DNA of 64,000 nt from Schmidtea polychroa (Eukaryota): NCBI GenBank assembly GCA_044892525.1, contig JBJFYX010000024.1:248001-312000 (forward strand), in the 5' to 3' direction. The notes beneath the pieces are model-generated. The model was not told the DNA's origin, ran no database searches, and was given only the letters and a program-made list of their open reading frames with translations. Shown here piece after piece: positions 34,913-47,000 of this stretch; positions within the stretch are counted from its first letter, which is position 1, and the number at the start of each line of letters is the position of its first letter. The translations under genes were made by a program, and so were the position numbers.

Positions 34913-35743
34913 CTGATGATGGCAGCGACATTTTTAACAATTATAGGGTTGTGTAAATCAACTGAAGTAGAAAACAAGACCATACACTCAGTAGAATACA
35001 TGGCTGAAGATATTTTAATCAATATTTCACCGTATAAAATTAGAGTATATAACTTAAATAAATCACCAATAAGAGACTTGTATCTGGAAACTGGGGATAA
35101 TATACCCAAACTTATGAAAAAAATTGAAAATAGATCAACTAATGAATTTGAAAGAGGAGATAGTGTCGAATTCAGAGATCTACAACCCAACACCAATTAC
35201 ACACTTTGTGCACAATGGAATACATTAATTGACACATCACAGATAAGGTGCAAAAGAATAAAAACTACTAAAATAAACAGATTTAGAATAAGAAAACCAA
35301 AAAGAAAAAAGATATCAACAACCAGAAAAACAACTACTGTAAATTCAACACCCACACATCCTATATCACAAACGATAACGAATATATATAGAAAAACGAC
35401 ATTTAAAGCGATTAGACAAATATATAAAAAATTAATAATGAAAAATCCAAGACAGTCTGATAGGTAACTGATAAAATTACCTACAGGAAAACCGATAGTT
35501 ATAAATAACTGGAACGAATTACAAGTCTTTCAAAAGAAAACAAGTAAACCACAATGGCCCTTTTATGTAATAGCTACAAGTGTATTATTCGCGATTTTAG
35601 CAATTGTCACTAGTGTACAAGTTTATAAAAAGTACAGGTGGAAAAGGCAGCGGTATCGGCACCGACTGTTCAAGGAAGCACCAGGGCATTTTCACTTGGA
35701 CAAATATATCCCTGGACAATATACTCTGTCCACACTGGTATAA
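34913..35743 (+). pseudogene. Type I membrane protein module fused after integrase: signal-like segment, FN3-like domain, Thr-rich stalk, TM and basic tail (stop at 35465)
   Basis: LMMAATFLTIIGLCKS; FRDLQPNTNYTLCAQW; STTRKTTTVNSTPT; WPFYVIATSVLFAILAIVTSVQVY KKYRWKRQR; same frame as integrase. Confidence 0.6.
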
Positions 35744-37253
35744 TAACTTAAAAAAGTTTAATTATGTAAATTGGTCAATGATATATGATAAAAGTATATA
35801 TATTTATATAACTGCGTATAAGGTTAAACCTCAAATGCGCAACAAGCATAAATATTCATTGTTTGTTTTTAGAGTAATAATAAGAAGCCTATTCAGCCAA
35901 TTGAAGCAACTCAATCAAATCGATCTCCTAATAAACCAATCGAATCAGCCTAATCAAATAACCCAAATCAGTCAATCAAATCAATCCAATCAAGATAATA
36001 ATCATCTCTACCAAATCAATCTTCATACAAACAAATCAATGCACCCACATACGTCAGTTCACATGCATTCTCAAAGAACAAAACCTCAGCGAAATCCTGA
36101 AACTCAGAAAATAAGGCAATATGTGCCGATGTTACAGAAACACTACCACAGTTTCTATAAAAACCTGCAAAACAAGATCAGCACAGATGGCACTCCCATT
36201 ACTATTAGAAGCTTCCCCAACCAAGTATGCATTCCTAATGATATGAAAATCGAGATAGAAGAAAGGGAATTGCATCTCATCAAATTTAACGAAGCAAGAA
36301 GAGTCAAATTAAGAGAATTAATCGGGGCATATGACAGATTCCCCAATGCAGAGGAAGCTGCAAGAACTAGAAAGAAAGTACCCCATAGAATTTTATTTCA
36401 TATCACAAAAACAGAGGTAGCAATATGCCAACAGAGAATACCAATAATCACCACGAGCAATTGCACCATAACAATAAAAACTACAAAAAATGATCGAAGT
36501 GTCCCAAACGACTACAATGAATTGATAGTCCAAATGAACAGCCTACCCTGTGTCATAGCGATCGAAATATTATACATACCCACTATCCCAAATCCATTTC
36601 AGCAGTTGGAACTCATCAAGTCAAACATTTATATGCATGGAGATTTCATCAGAAAGAAAATGTCATTTACCCACAAAGAATTATCCACGGCAGAGAGACA
36701 TCATCTGATAATGTTTGTAGATGCAAATTTTGTATGCGACATCAACAATAACTTAAGGCCAGTGGAGGTCAGCATACGGAATTTTAAAGGTGTAACAATA
36801 TTTGATGAGAAAATTACACCTAGAACGAAAATCCTACATTATTATCCAGAGAAGACAAAGGCCAACAAGGAAAATATCATCGGAAATAAAGATGAATACG
36901 AAGCACTGGTCGAAATCCAACAGTTACTTTGCGGTAAAATAGTCGTAGAATTTGACATCATCGGGAAACTCAAAGCTCTCACATTAGATCTGTTGAATGT
37001 TATGGGAGTTAGAGAAATGTCGGAAGATATATTTATGTGCTCGTTCGTCAAAAACGTTGCGCCACACAAGATAAAATTGTCCAACCTGGCATACCAGGTA
37101 ATCAGACATCACAGAAGGTGGGACAAAGATAAACGTATCAATAGAATGATACGAGAACCAGAACCATTCCCAGCATGGCAAACCACAATGATCGTCAAAG
37201 TGATATACGCAATCGTAGAAAATCAATGGGAAGAAGTTGTTAAATGGGATTGA
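35604..37253 (+). CDS. Gypsy ORF3: Q/N-rich N-terminus and C-terminal DEDDh (REX4/ISG20-like) exonuclease-fold domain with degenerate catalytic residues
   Basis: 549-codon open frame (true start uncertain); IMFVDANFV...VEVSIRNFKGVTIFDEKITP...LVEIQQLLCGKIVVEFDI...LKAL parallels the REX4 family pattern. Confidence 0.6.
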   Translation: MSLVYKFIKSTGGKGSGIGTDCSRKHQGIFTWTNISLDNILCPHWYNNLKKFNYVNWSMIYDKSIYIYITAYKVKPQMRNKHKYSLFVFRVIIRSLFSQLKQLNQIDLLINQSNQPNQITQISQSNQSNQDNNHLYQINLHTNKSMHPHTSVHMHSQRTKPQRNPETQKIRQYVPMLQKHYHSFYKNLQNKISTDGTPITIRSFPNQVCIPNDMKIEIEERELHLIKFNEARRVKLRELIGAYDRFPNAEEAARTRKKVPHRILFHITKTEVAICQQRIPIITTSNCTITIKTTKNDRSVPNDYNELIVQMNSLPCVIAIEILYIPTIPNPFQQLELIKSNIYMHGDFIRKKMSFTHKELSTAERHHLIMFVDANFVCDINNNLRPVEVSIRNFKGVTIFDEKITPRTKILHYYPEKTKANKENIIGNKDEYEALVEIQQLLCGKIVVEFDIIGKLKALTLDLLNVMGVREMSEDIFMCSFVKNVAPHKIKLSNLAYQVIRHHRRWDKDKRINRMIREPEPFPAWQTTMIVKVIYAIVENQWEEVVKWD

Positions 37254-38067
37254 GAAGCCTAAACAATCTGTGCATATTTTATCTTTTATTACTATTTTAT
37301 TTTCTGAATATTTATGTAGAATGCTGTATGATCAATATTTTATCGGGTGTATGTATTTAATAGATTTTATTAGTTAACCTTTTAATATAATCGTATACAA
37401 GGGGAAAATATTTTAATAATTTTTAATTCGATATTTAATAACAATAAATTTTAAATTAACTTTAAATTCGATATTTTCTAATAACGATTTCTTTAATAAA
37501 CAGCTGAAAAATTTTATTCATAAACAGCTGAAAAAATTTTTAGAATTAATAAGTGTCTTAAGAACACTTTTGAAATAAAATAGAAAACTCAAAAATTACT
37601 AATTATTTAAAGTATGAAAATAAAACTCAAAATAATAATTATAAGTATTATTAAAATATGCAAATAAAATATTAAATTAATTCTTGAAATAACAGCTGCC
37701 CTAAAAATTTGTATAAATAGCGACAAAAAATTAGTTTTAGCCGCCCAAAAATCTTGCGAAGAAATTCTTATTCAAAGGTTAATCCTTCGAATAAATTAAT
37801 AATTGAATCAGCACAGAAAGATTCACACACTAAAGAAACTTGCTAAGATATAACACGCATATATAACAAATAACAAATACATATTTTTTTCACACGCATT
37901 TCAGTGGAGGATATTGATAGATAATTGTCAGCCCTTTTAGAATTGGAAAAATTGTGTAGATTTGGTAATTTTTGATCATAATAAATTTTTATATACACAT
38001 ATTTGTTCTGTTTTGATATATATAAGAACCAGCAAGTTGAGTGTTCCCGAATATCGAGACCTCAACA
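37238..38067 (+). repeat. Gypsy 3' LTR, lacking about 230 bp present at the start of the 5' LTR and carrying a 25-bp duplication
   Basis: Purine run GGGAAGAAG then TGTTA at 37238; homology to the 5' LTR starts at 37259. Confidence 0.85.
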
Positions 38068-38640
38068 TATGCAACCCAGGAAGAGTTTTTAAACTTATCT
38101 GCGAGACTATTTTTTTGATCAACCATAAAAATTTCGACTTCAGTTTTGAGAGTCCATACTCGATTTAGTACATTTCCGCGAGAGAGCCACCTTACTTCTG
38201 TATAATGAAGTAGGTCCATATATTCAGCTTCACCGTCCTGACATGATTCACGAAATAGCTGCGTGTTTAGTGCATGTCCCTTGATAAAATTTACAATCTT
38301 GATGACATCATGCATGACGGCTGCAGTGTAGGTTCTAAATACTTGACCATAAGGGCCTGGCGATGGATCATACCGTGAGTAATTTCAATATTTGGGTTAT
38401 TCTTTTTTACGAAAGCCGAAAAACAATTAATATGACCCAGCATAGCTGGAGCTCCATCCAAAGATACAGGAATACAGTTTTCCCATTTTAAACATTGCGC
38501 ATTAAAGTATTCATTTACTTTATTGTAAACATCAATTCCATGAAAACACACTGTGGTTTCATTGTACCATTGTCTTCTATTTGTGTAAAACCGTAATTAA
38601 GGAATTCGTCTTGTTATGTTCTTTTTCTATTTGCTGCCAT
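38068..38640 (-). pseudogene. hAT (Buster/Charlie-like) transposase, N-terminal half, internally deleted
   Basis: MAANRKRT*QDEFLNYGFT...KPQCV, SLDGAPAMLG, HGMIHRQAL, TEVRWLSRGNVL and SSWVAY at the junction. Confidence 0.85.
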
Positions 38641-39029
38641 CTGAAGGGCGACAGAAAATAATAGTTGTAAAATAATTGAATTAAATTTTAAATTCGGGCT
38701 TATCATGATCGATATATCGATGATTAATGATAAAATGGTAGTCTTGTCAGCAACTAACTAGTAAAAACTCGCTCAATGTATTTGTATCTTGACGGCATGG
38801 CACGGACTGAGCAGGTAGCTGGAGCTTTGCTTTACTGCGCAATGATATAACTCGAGAACACTCTAGTGGTGGGGAGTGAGATGGTGTAGCCTGCATATGT
38901 CGCTAAATTGTTTAAGTTGAAAAAAATACTAACAGGTTTATAAAATACCAAATTAAAAATATATACTTTTTACTCACAAAAGTTTCATTTTTACCCCCCA
39001 AAATTTCATTTTTACCCCATTTGAGGTAA

Positions 39030-39702
39030 TTTACTGATGCTGATTTTGAAATAGTTTCCTTAACAGTGTCCACGCTATTGCCAGTAAAGCTAGCAGTTGA
39101 GCCATGATGTCGTGAAGATGCAAACTTACTTTCTGCAGACACGACATTTAAATTTATGTTTAATAGTCTTAGTGAAATAAAGTCATCACTGAGCACATTA
39201 GTTCAAAGTGCCTTGATGAAACAAAGTGTTTGAAAAAAGTCTATTTGATAATGAAGGCGTGCGGGGAAAATAATTAGAACAAATTTAAAATCTACTTTTA
39301 ACTATTCGTTAAACTAGTGTTGAATATGAAAAGGCTTTTTCTGCTGCCGCTGTAATTTTAAACAAATTTCGATGCAGACTGGATGATAAAATTTATGGCG
39401 CTCTCTGTATTTTAAGAGGACATTTTAAAGGAAGCAGCAAATCTTCTTGAATTTTATGTTATTTATGAATCATGAATTTCATGTTTAATTAGTTTATTTC
39501 ATATTACTTTGTGTTTATTTTATCTTTAATTTGTGAATTATATAAAACATTTTTTATGTTTATTAAAAATTTATTATATAAATTTAACACTGAATTTTTA
39601 AAGTTTTTTTTCATAACCGGTTTTAATACCGGTATCAAGGTATTATCATTTTACAATAGCGAAATACCGGTATTGAGATTTCCTCCGGTATTGCATTCCC
39701 TA
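39030..39702 (+). mobile_element. 3' fragment of a second hAT transposon
   Basis: LLPVKLAVEP*CREDANLLSAD and TSVEYEKAFSAAAVILNKFRCRLDD...ALCIL remnants; ATACCGGT subterminal repeats and terminus ...GGTATTGCATTCCCTA at 39702. Confidence 0.75.
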
Positions 39703-41074
39703 GCTACATTACACTATCTAGCCCAAAACTTCTATGTATTTGCGAAGTATCGAGTAATAATCCAAAGTAATATTCCGATAATGAAATAATACGAGATATT
39801 TTCAATGACACGAATAATAAAACGAATAGAAATTATTTAAATTATAAAAATAGATTATTGTTAGTTTTGTCAGCCAATCAGGATTGATCATGCCTACGCG
39901 TTTTGAGCAATTCAATTTTTACTCGCGCTATATTAACTTCGCTGATGATTTTAACCTACTTTCCGTTATCGGATTTAGTTGAAATTTTGTCGAAAACACT
40001 CAATACATAAAAATTTCAAATCGATCTGATTACGGGAAGTGGGTTTATTTTAAAAATATTGACTTGCCAAATTTAGTGTTATTTCCGTATTTCAATATAA
40101 ATTTTTATCTATTTTCTAAAATATGTTGAAATTAAGAGTGAAATAAAGAGTTTCAAAAAACCATGTTTTATATGGTTATTTTTTTAATTTTCGATTTAAA
40201 TTATAATCAATTCGATTGGGTTTTTTAATTGTTGATTTCCTGTTTTTATTTTCCTTTTTTAACTTTATTAATTAATTGCTTGCGACGAGCATGTAGCGGT
40301 AGAATAAATAGTTATGCGGAGTTATTAATGTAAATGGGCACCAGCAATATATAACGATAACATGCAAAAAAAATTTTTCTTCTTTTAACCCACCACGAAT
40401 TTTTTCAAATTTTTAATATTTATTTAATTTTCAATCACGATTCTTTGCTGGGTCAAGTTTTATTATTTTTGACTCATTTTCGTTCATTATAATTTATTTA
40501 TTTAATTCCTTAAATTTATTTTGTTCGAATTCACTTCTCCAGGGTTACTTCTTGGAATTCGCAACTTTACAGATTATTCTTTATATTTAACTAATTTTTA
40601 TTTTATTATTAACTTATTACTGTCTTTCACGCTGCCACCAATTCATCTCACAAAAACCTTCGGTGAAAATTTATTTTTCTGCTTAACATCAGGATTAATC
40701 TTTGAGCACAGATATAAAGCCAAGCTGAAATGAGGAAGTTACTGTTATCGATTGTATTTCTAAATCATAAACATTATATTCATCATTAAAAATTGTTATT
40801 CAACAATAAATAAGTTGAAACAAAGATTTGTAAAAATTGTAACACGGTGTAATATTTTTCATAAATTATTTAGATACATTAAATCTAATCGCATAAAAAT
40901 TTGATTGATGAATTGCAATGCACCCAATTTATTAACAGCAAAATAAAATGAAATACAAATAGAATCTAATTGAAACATTGTAAAATGACAGTAGCTTTTT
41001 ACAAATATATATATATACATTGTCAGATCAATATTTATCTTAGTCAAAAATGCTGATTTTGCGAAAAAATATGT

Positions 41075-44000
41075 TCAGTTTAGTGTACCACGACAGCCGA
41101 CACTTCCACACAAACAAGGTATCTTATCTTCTTCGTAAGGAAATTTGTAGTCGTATGTGATTTCTTCCATAATGTTAATTTGACGTTTGGAGTATATAAC
41201 AATTTTCTTTTTCCCATCAACTGTAATTACTCTGGCTATACAATTAGGCTAAACACAACAAATTATAAATTTATTGGGGGCAAAATATTAAAGAAATATT
41301 ACTTGGCAACTGTGATTAATAAATCTGGCATTACTTCCATACATTGTTGCGTCAATAACTAAATCATCGTCTATGCGAAATAAGTAAGAACTTCCGATTC
41401 CCTTGTCTTCATACTTTTTTTCTCTATATTCAGCAAGAAATTTTCTTACTACTTGGCCGACATATTCAATAACCATTTCGTCAGGAGCAATTGTTTCTAA
41501 GGCAACTAGGCCCCACGCGTGAATTCCTGATTTTGCAAATGTCATCAATTTTTTTCTAGCCTAAACAATTTTATATTATTTGTTGAAAGTTTGCCAGCAG
41601 CCATTATGAATGCAAATGAAACTAATTTTTATAAAAAAACAAATGACAAAATATTTAATTATAATTTATTGAAATGTTAAAAAATATATAAATTTTAAAT
41701 TATAAATAAAAATTTCTAATAATCATTCTTTTTTAAAAACAATTTTCAATAATCAATTATATTTAAACTTAATTTATTGTTAATTATTGTTAATTGAAAG
41801 AGAGACTGTTGATAAGAGACTGTTGATAAATGTATGAATAATGCTAAGGATCGTAGTATGAATGAATGTAAATTGACCGATATGTCGAATGATGTAGTGA
41901 ATATGAATATTGATACTAACAAACAAGATGAGCCAAAATATACGATGGTATTGCCGTATTTTGAAGGATATAAAGATTTCAAAAGAAAGATTGTTAAACA
42001 GTTGGGTACTTTGAATTATAGAATTGTTTCAAAATCGTGCAAAGTACGAAGTATGTTTGTTAGTAAATCTCAAACGCCGGTTGGATTGTGTTCGGATCTC
42101 GGTTATCAATTCACATGTAATGGGTGTAATGCCACATACATTGGAGAGGCTTCCCGTCATCTCTGTACTCGAGTTTAAGAACACTGTCGACCGAAGGGAG
42201 TGTCCAATATGAGAGAGAATTATGAGAGAATTAGGAATGTCTGATTTTAAAATCTTATCAAAAAATTCTGATAATTGTTTTGAGCGTGTGATATGTGAAG
42301 CATTATTGATAAGAACTTTTAATCCTAAAATCAATGGGCAGAATGCAGTGTTGAATGTTTTTAATTAACTTTTTGTATGTTGATGTATATTAATAATAGT
42401 TATGTTAAATAATTAAAAAAAATAATTAAAATAATATTTTTAATAATTTTAAAAGTTTAAATATAGTTGATTATTTAAAATTGTTTTTAAAAAAGAATGA
42501 TTATTAGAAATTTTTATTTAAAATTTATATATTTTATAATTTGTTTATATATTATCAATATAGTGAATATATATAAAGTTGAACGTAGCCGCAGTAATTG
42601 TAGTAATTGGTGTACTTTTCCCCATCCTATGGTTTGTAAAATATAAATCCTTTAATTTTTAAAATAATTTATTACTCAACTTATAAGCTGTCCGTTATAA
42701 TCACTGTTTAATCAAATAAACAAATTATCATTAATGGGTATTGTTCATTCTCTTTTTATCGATAAAAACCCGGCAATAATTTTTTAAAATATCTGAAAAT
42801 ATCCTAGAATTAAATATATTTTGAATTTTCATTGCGATGTAATTCTGGATTAATAAATGAAAATGAATAAGTATACAACATACATAGCATACAAGCTGTG
42901 CCAAATTGTATTCAATTTCATATCTGTAAAAATGTAAAAGACCTACGAACCGAAAGCATTGTTTATCTTATATATTGAAAATAGAGTAATACTCAATTGT
43001 TAAATACAATTATTTTGAAATGAAGCTATGAATCCACCCAAAGAAATTTTTGTAAATCATATACTACAAATTTTAATTTCATAGAAAAGACGTATTTTTA
43101 AAATTGTAGGTTTATGTTTAAAAATTTTAAAAGTACTGAATAATATAAATTTTTTTTAGTTGTATCATGTACAAAATACTGAATTTTCATACATTTATAC
43201 CATTTCCCATTTAAAAGTAAATTTTTCCCATTTAAAAGTATAGTAATTTAAACAAAAATTATTTATTATAACAAGTAAATATAATTAAACAAATATTATT
43301 ACAAGGTTCATAAGTAAGCATTAAATTTTATTTACACGTGATGGTAAGGCAAACCTGCAGCTGCATTTGTTATATTTCTAGACATTAGCCTAAAATATCC
43401 TGCTGCATCATCAGAAGTCACTTGTGTTGATGCATTAGTAATCATTTGAGATAGATTTCCAACATTTTCTGTCCTTAACATTCCACGCACAATACTTTTT
43501 ATTTTCGAAAAAGCGGATTCAATCGGATTAAGCATGTAGGAATATGGTGAGAGAAAATGATAAGTATATCCAAAAGAAGCCACAATTCTTGCGAGATCAC
43601 ACGGTTTATGAATTCTTGCGTTGTCAAGAATTAAGCAAATATTATCCATCTTTTCACATTTTTCAATTGACAACACAATTCTTCAATGTATATTGAGAAA
43701 ATGTTACCTGTTACAGTTGAATTAGTAATTACTTTGTGGTAATGCATACCATTTATGCCCATACTTGCAAGCATACTCACAGATCTACCTCTCACAGTGG
43801 GAATTACAATATTTGCCAACTTTTGATCTCGCCATGGTTCTTTTTAAATGCAAATTGAACGACGACTCATCAATGAAAACAATTTTGTTGTGATCAACAC
43901 CATATGCCTCGTTGAACCAAATTGCATATTCCCTACGCTTTTCAATTGAAATTGTAGCATTTACTCGATCCAACTCACGATGAACCTTTTTCATCGTAAT

Positions 44001-47000
44001 TTGTAGCTGATTTAGACATCGACCCACAGAGCTTTTTGAAATGTTGACCGACTCCAAATCATTTCTCAGCTTAGCTTGAATTTGCAAGATTGTAAACTCT
44101 GGATATTCTTCCACTATTTCCTCAATTTTACAAATTATTTGAGGTGTAAGAACTGATTTTTCCCGTCCTAACTTTTGTTTTTTAATTTCTTTGCCGCTTC
44201 GCTCATATTCTGATATGATTTTCCAAGCTGTATTATACTTAATACCAACCGACTTTGCAGCAACACCAATATCCGAGCCTTGTTCGCATACCATTTTAAT
44301 AAGGACTTTACGGCTATCGTTAGAGATACTCGAATATTTTTTTTTGCTGGTTGTATTTTCTGTGTTAGCAGAGTCAAAAAATGAATCATGTCTGTTTGTT
44401 AAATTTTCTTCTTCCATTATGGTTTTAAAAACTTTAATATTAAACATAATATTAAAACACATTTTCAATTTAAAAACATACTATAAAAATAATTATTTTT
44501 TTAAATTTTAAATTAATTTATGTTATTTATGGTTGCAATTTAAAATTTACTTTTAATTGGGAAAAATTTACTTTTAAATGGGAAAAATTTACTTTTAATT
44601 GGTAAAAATTTATTTTTAATTGGTAAAAATTTACTTTTAATTGGTAAAAATTTACTTTTCTCTGGGAAATGGTATAAAATACGTTCTAAAATAAATGTAT
44701 TCATATTACTATTCATATCCCGCGCTACAGTGAGATAAAACAAAAAGGTAAAAATTCACTTTTTAATCAATATTTGCATTAAATCAATATATGAATTTCT
44801 ATTTTGAAAAATTTGCATTTAAAAATCAATAAATGCACTTTAAAATCAAAAAAAAAGTTAAATAATCGTGAAAATCAATAATAGCGACTTGACCTTGAAA
44901 AAAAATGAGGGGTAGGGGTCCTCTGTTGCTAACCAGTGCGCGGTAACTAATGGTGGCGTAAGAGGCTCACATCTACCTAACACTATAAGACACAAATTAA
45001 TATTACAAAATTTATAGCAGGATTTCCAAACAATGTTACACAGAAAAGTAATACATTCCTTCTTTACTCGGAAACGTAAAATATAAAAACGTTATATTAT
45101 ACGTAAATAGAAAAGTGATAAATTCTTCGATAAATACGATAAATTGGAAATTTTTTTTACAAAGATGTGTTCAAGAATGGTAAAAGTCCGAATCACGATG
45201 CGTGTAATTGCTAGAGAAAAAGAGAGATTTTGAATTAAAGTTCGATAATTTGACTAACTATCAGGATTCGTAAATGTATTCAATATATTAACACCAAGGT
45301 TTGACACATAGTATTGTATGTATAAACTCTTTACAAAAAATTATCTCACCAGATTATTATCCATTTTAATCAACATAATAAAAATCTTGTTAAAACAACT
45401 CAACAGCAAAAAAGCACAGTAATTTCAAATTCAAAATTTCAAAAAAAAATTTAATCAAAACTTTGATTTTAGCATACATGCTTTTGGTGTTCAGGTTTTA
45501 GCCAAATTAATCAAGATGTTATTCTATAACAAACTAAGTTAAAAAAATGGCATTTTCCAAATGTAATTGAGAATAGGTGAAAAATGATCTCCTGTATGAA
45601 TTATTATTTTAAAATAGCCCTGTTTTAGTAATATAACTTTAAATTCCATTGGTGTAAAACGTTCTTTAGTAATCTTTATATTCTGGTGAAAGGTTTCCAA
45701 TTAAATTACACGATGGGATGATCACACAAAAAATTATTAAAAAGTTATTAAAAATACTCATTTTGAGGTATAATTATTTTGAATATATTTTTAAATTTTA
45801 AAAAATAAATCATACATCAGGTAATTCTGATGAAGTATGACATTTTTCATGGTTACAAAATCCATTATCAATTTATTTATTGTTCAATGTAAATTCTGAT
45901 ATTGTTAAGTAATAGTCAAATGGAAACTATAGAAAAATCGTAAAAAATAATCGAAATTTTCTACCGATGAATTGGGAAATCAAAAGAAACATTCAATATT
46001 TTGAGAAAAAGCATATAATTAAACTAACAAAAATTCTTGGGTGTCAATTTAATGTTTATAATTAAAAAATGAATATTGTTATTTAATTTTTGGAAATGAT
46101 TCGTTGAATTAATATTAATACAAATTTACAAATTGTCATAACTTTTAATAATTTTGTCTCTACTTTTACTCTTTTTGTCTGTTGTTTTAATATATCATTA
46201 TAATTAACCCTAAATTGCATGATTTTTTTTTAATTATTTTGAATAAAATAAAATAACGTTTCTTTGACTGAATATTGACTGAGACTTGTGGTACATCTTG
46301 TGGTGAACAAATTCCGTTAAACAGCTTTGTAGCTCACAAGGAACACTATGAAATGGTAAGTTCTTATTTATTTTAGGTGAAATTCTGGTATGTTGCAAAT
46401 TTGCTTAACACAATTACAATATTTATTGTTTGAAAATTCATTTTATTAGAAATAGATGCTTATTACCTTTTGTAAATCTTTTTTAAAATTTATTTTTGAA
46501 AATAATTGTCGTATAAAAATTAATGAATAAAATTCATTTCGTTATAACACTTGTAGAAATTTAGTTCTACAAAATAATTTACCTCTTAGTTGAATAAGTT
46601 TAATTACCTCTTTGGTTGCAAAAGCCTATTCAATAATTCAATAATTCAATAGCTCTTTCGAGGGAAATAGAAGAGAAAAAGTATAGTGAAGTTGTCAATT
46701 TCTTTTAAAAATAACTATTTTACAGGGTTATTCCCTATTATAAAGCGACTATTCATAATTATAAATCATTTATTCAATATTCTAAATTAATTATTCAAAA
46801 TTTTAAATTAATTATTCAAAATTATAAATTAATCAAAATAAAATAAATTATTCTTATTATTTATTCTAAAAATTAATTTTGTCCATGAAGAAACATAAGA
46901 AAGCTACGACGACAGTGTATAACATTTATGTATTAATAGCAAACACATAACCACATAAACATGTCACAGATTGCATTGTAACACGCAGAGACGCAAGCAG

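Larger units (their letters stand above)
18488..38067 (+). mobile_element. Ty3/Gypsy LTR retrotransposon with env-like and accessory cargo, interrupted by a BEL element
   Basis: TG...CA ends, TSD TATG (18484-18487 and 38068-38071), paired LTRs, PBS, and PR-RT-RH-IN order. Confidence 0.95.

Noticed and set aside
20969-36346. Many minus-strand ORFs inside the BEL and Gypsy elements
   Set aside because: They are antisense shadows of the purine-rich plus-strand coding regions, with no motifs.
37962-38315. ORF 37962..38168 and the C-terminus of ORF 37989..38315
   Set aside because: Chimeric read-through across the LTR/hAT junction at 38067/38068.
1-39702. The hAT pieces at 1-817 and 39030-39702 as two ends of one giant element
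   Set aside because: Opposite coding orientations and different terminal sequences (TAGAGTTTGCAC versus TAGGGAATGCAA).
44540-44660. 21-bp direct repeats as a CRISPR array; ORF 44540..44743
   Set aside because: No spacers, eukaryotic context; these are transposon subterminal repeats and the ORF is just their translation.
46260-46340. Exon-like [24 protein letters not shown]|GTAAG as a nested antisense zinc-finger gene
   Set aside because: Only one short exon; no in-frame neighbouring exons could be assembled.
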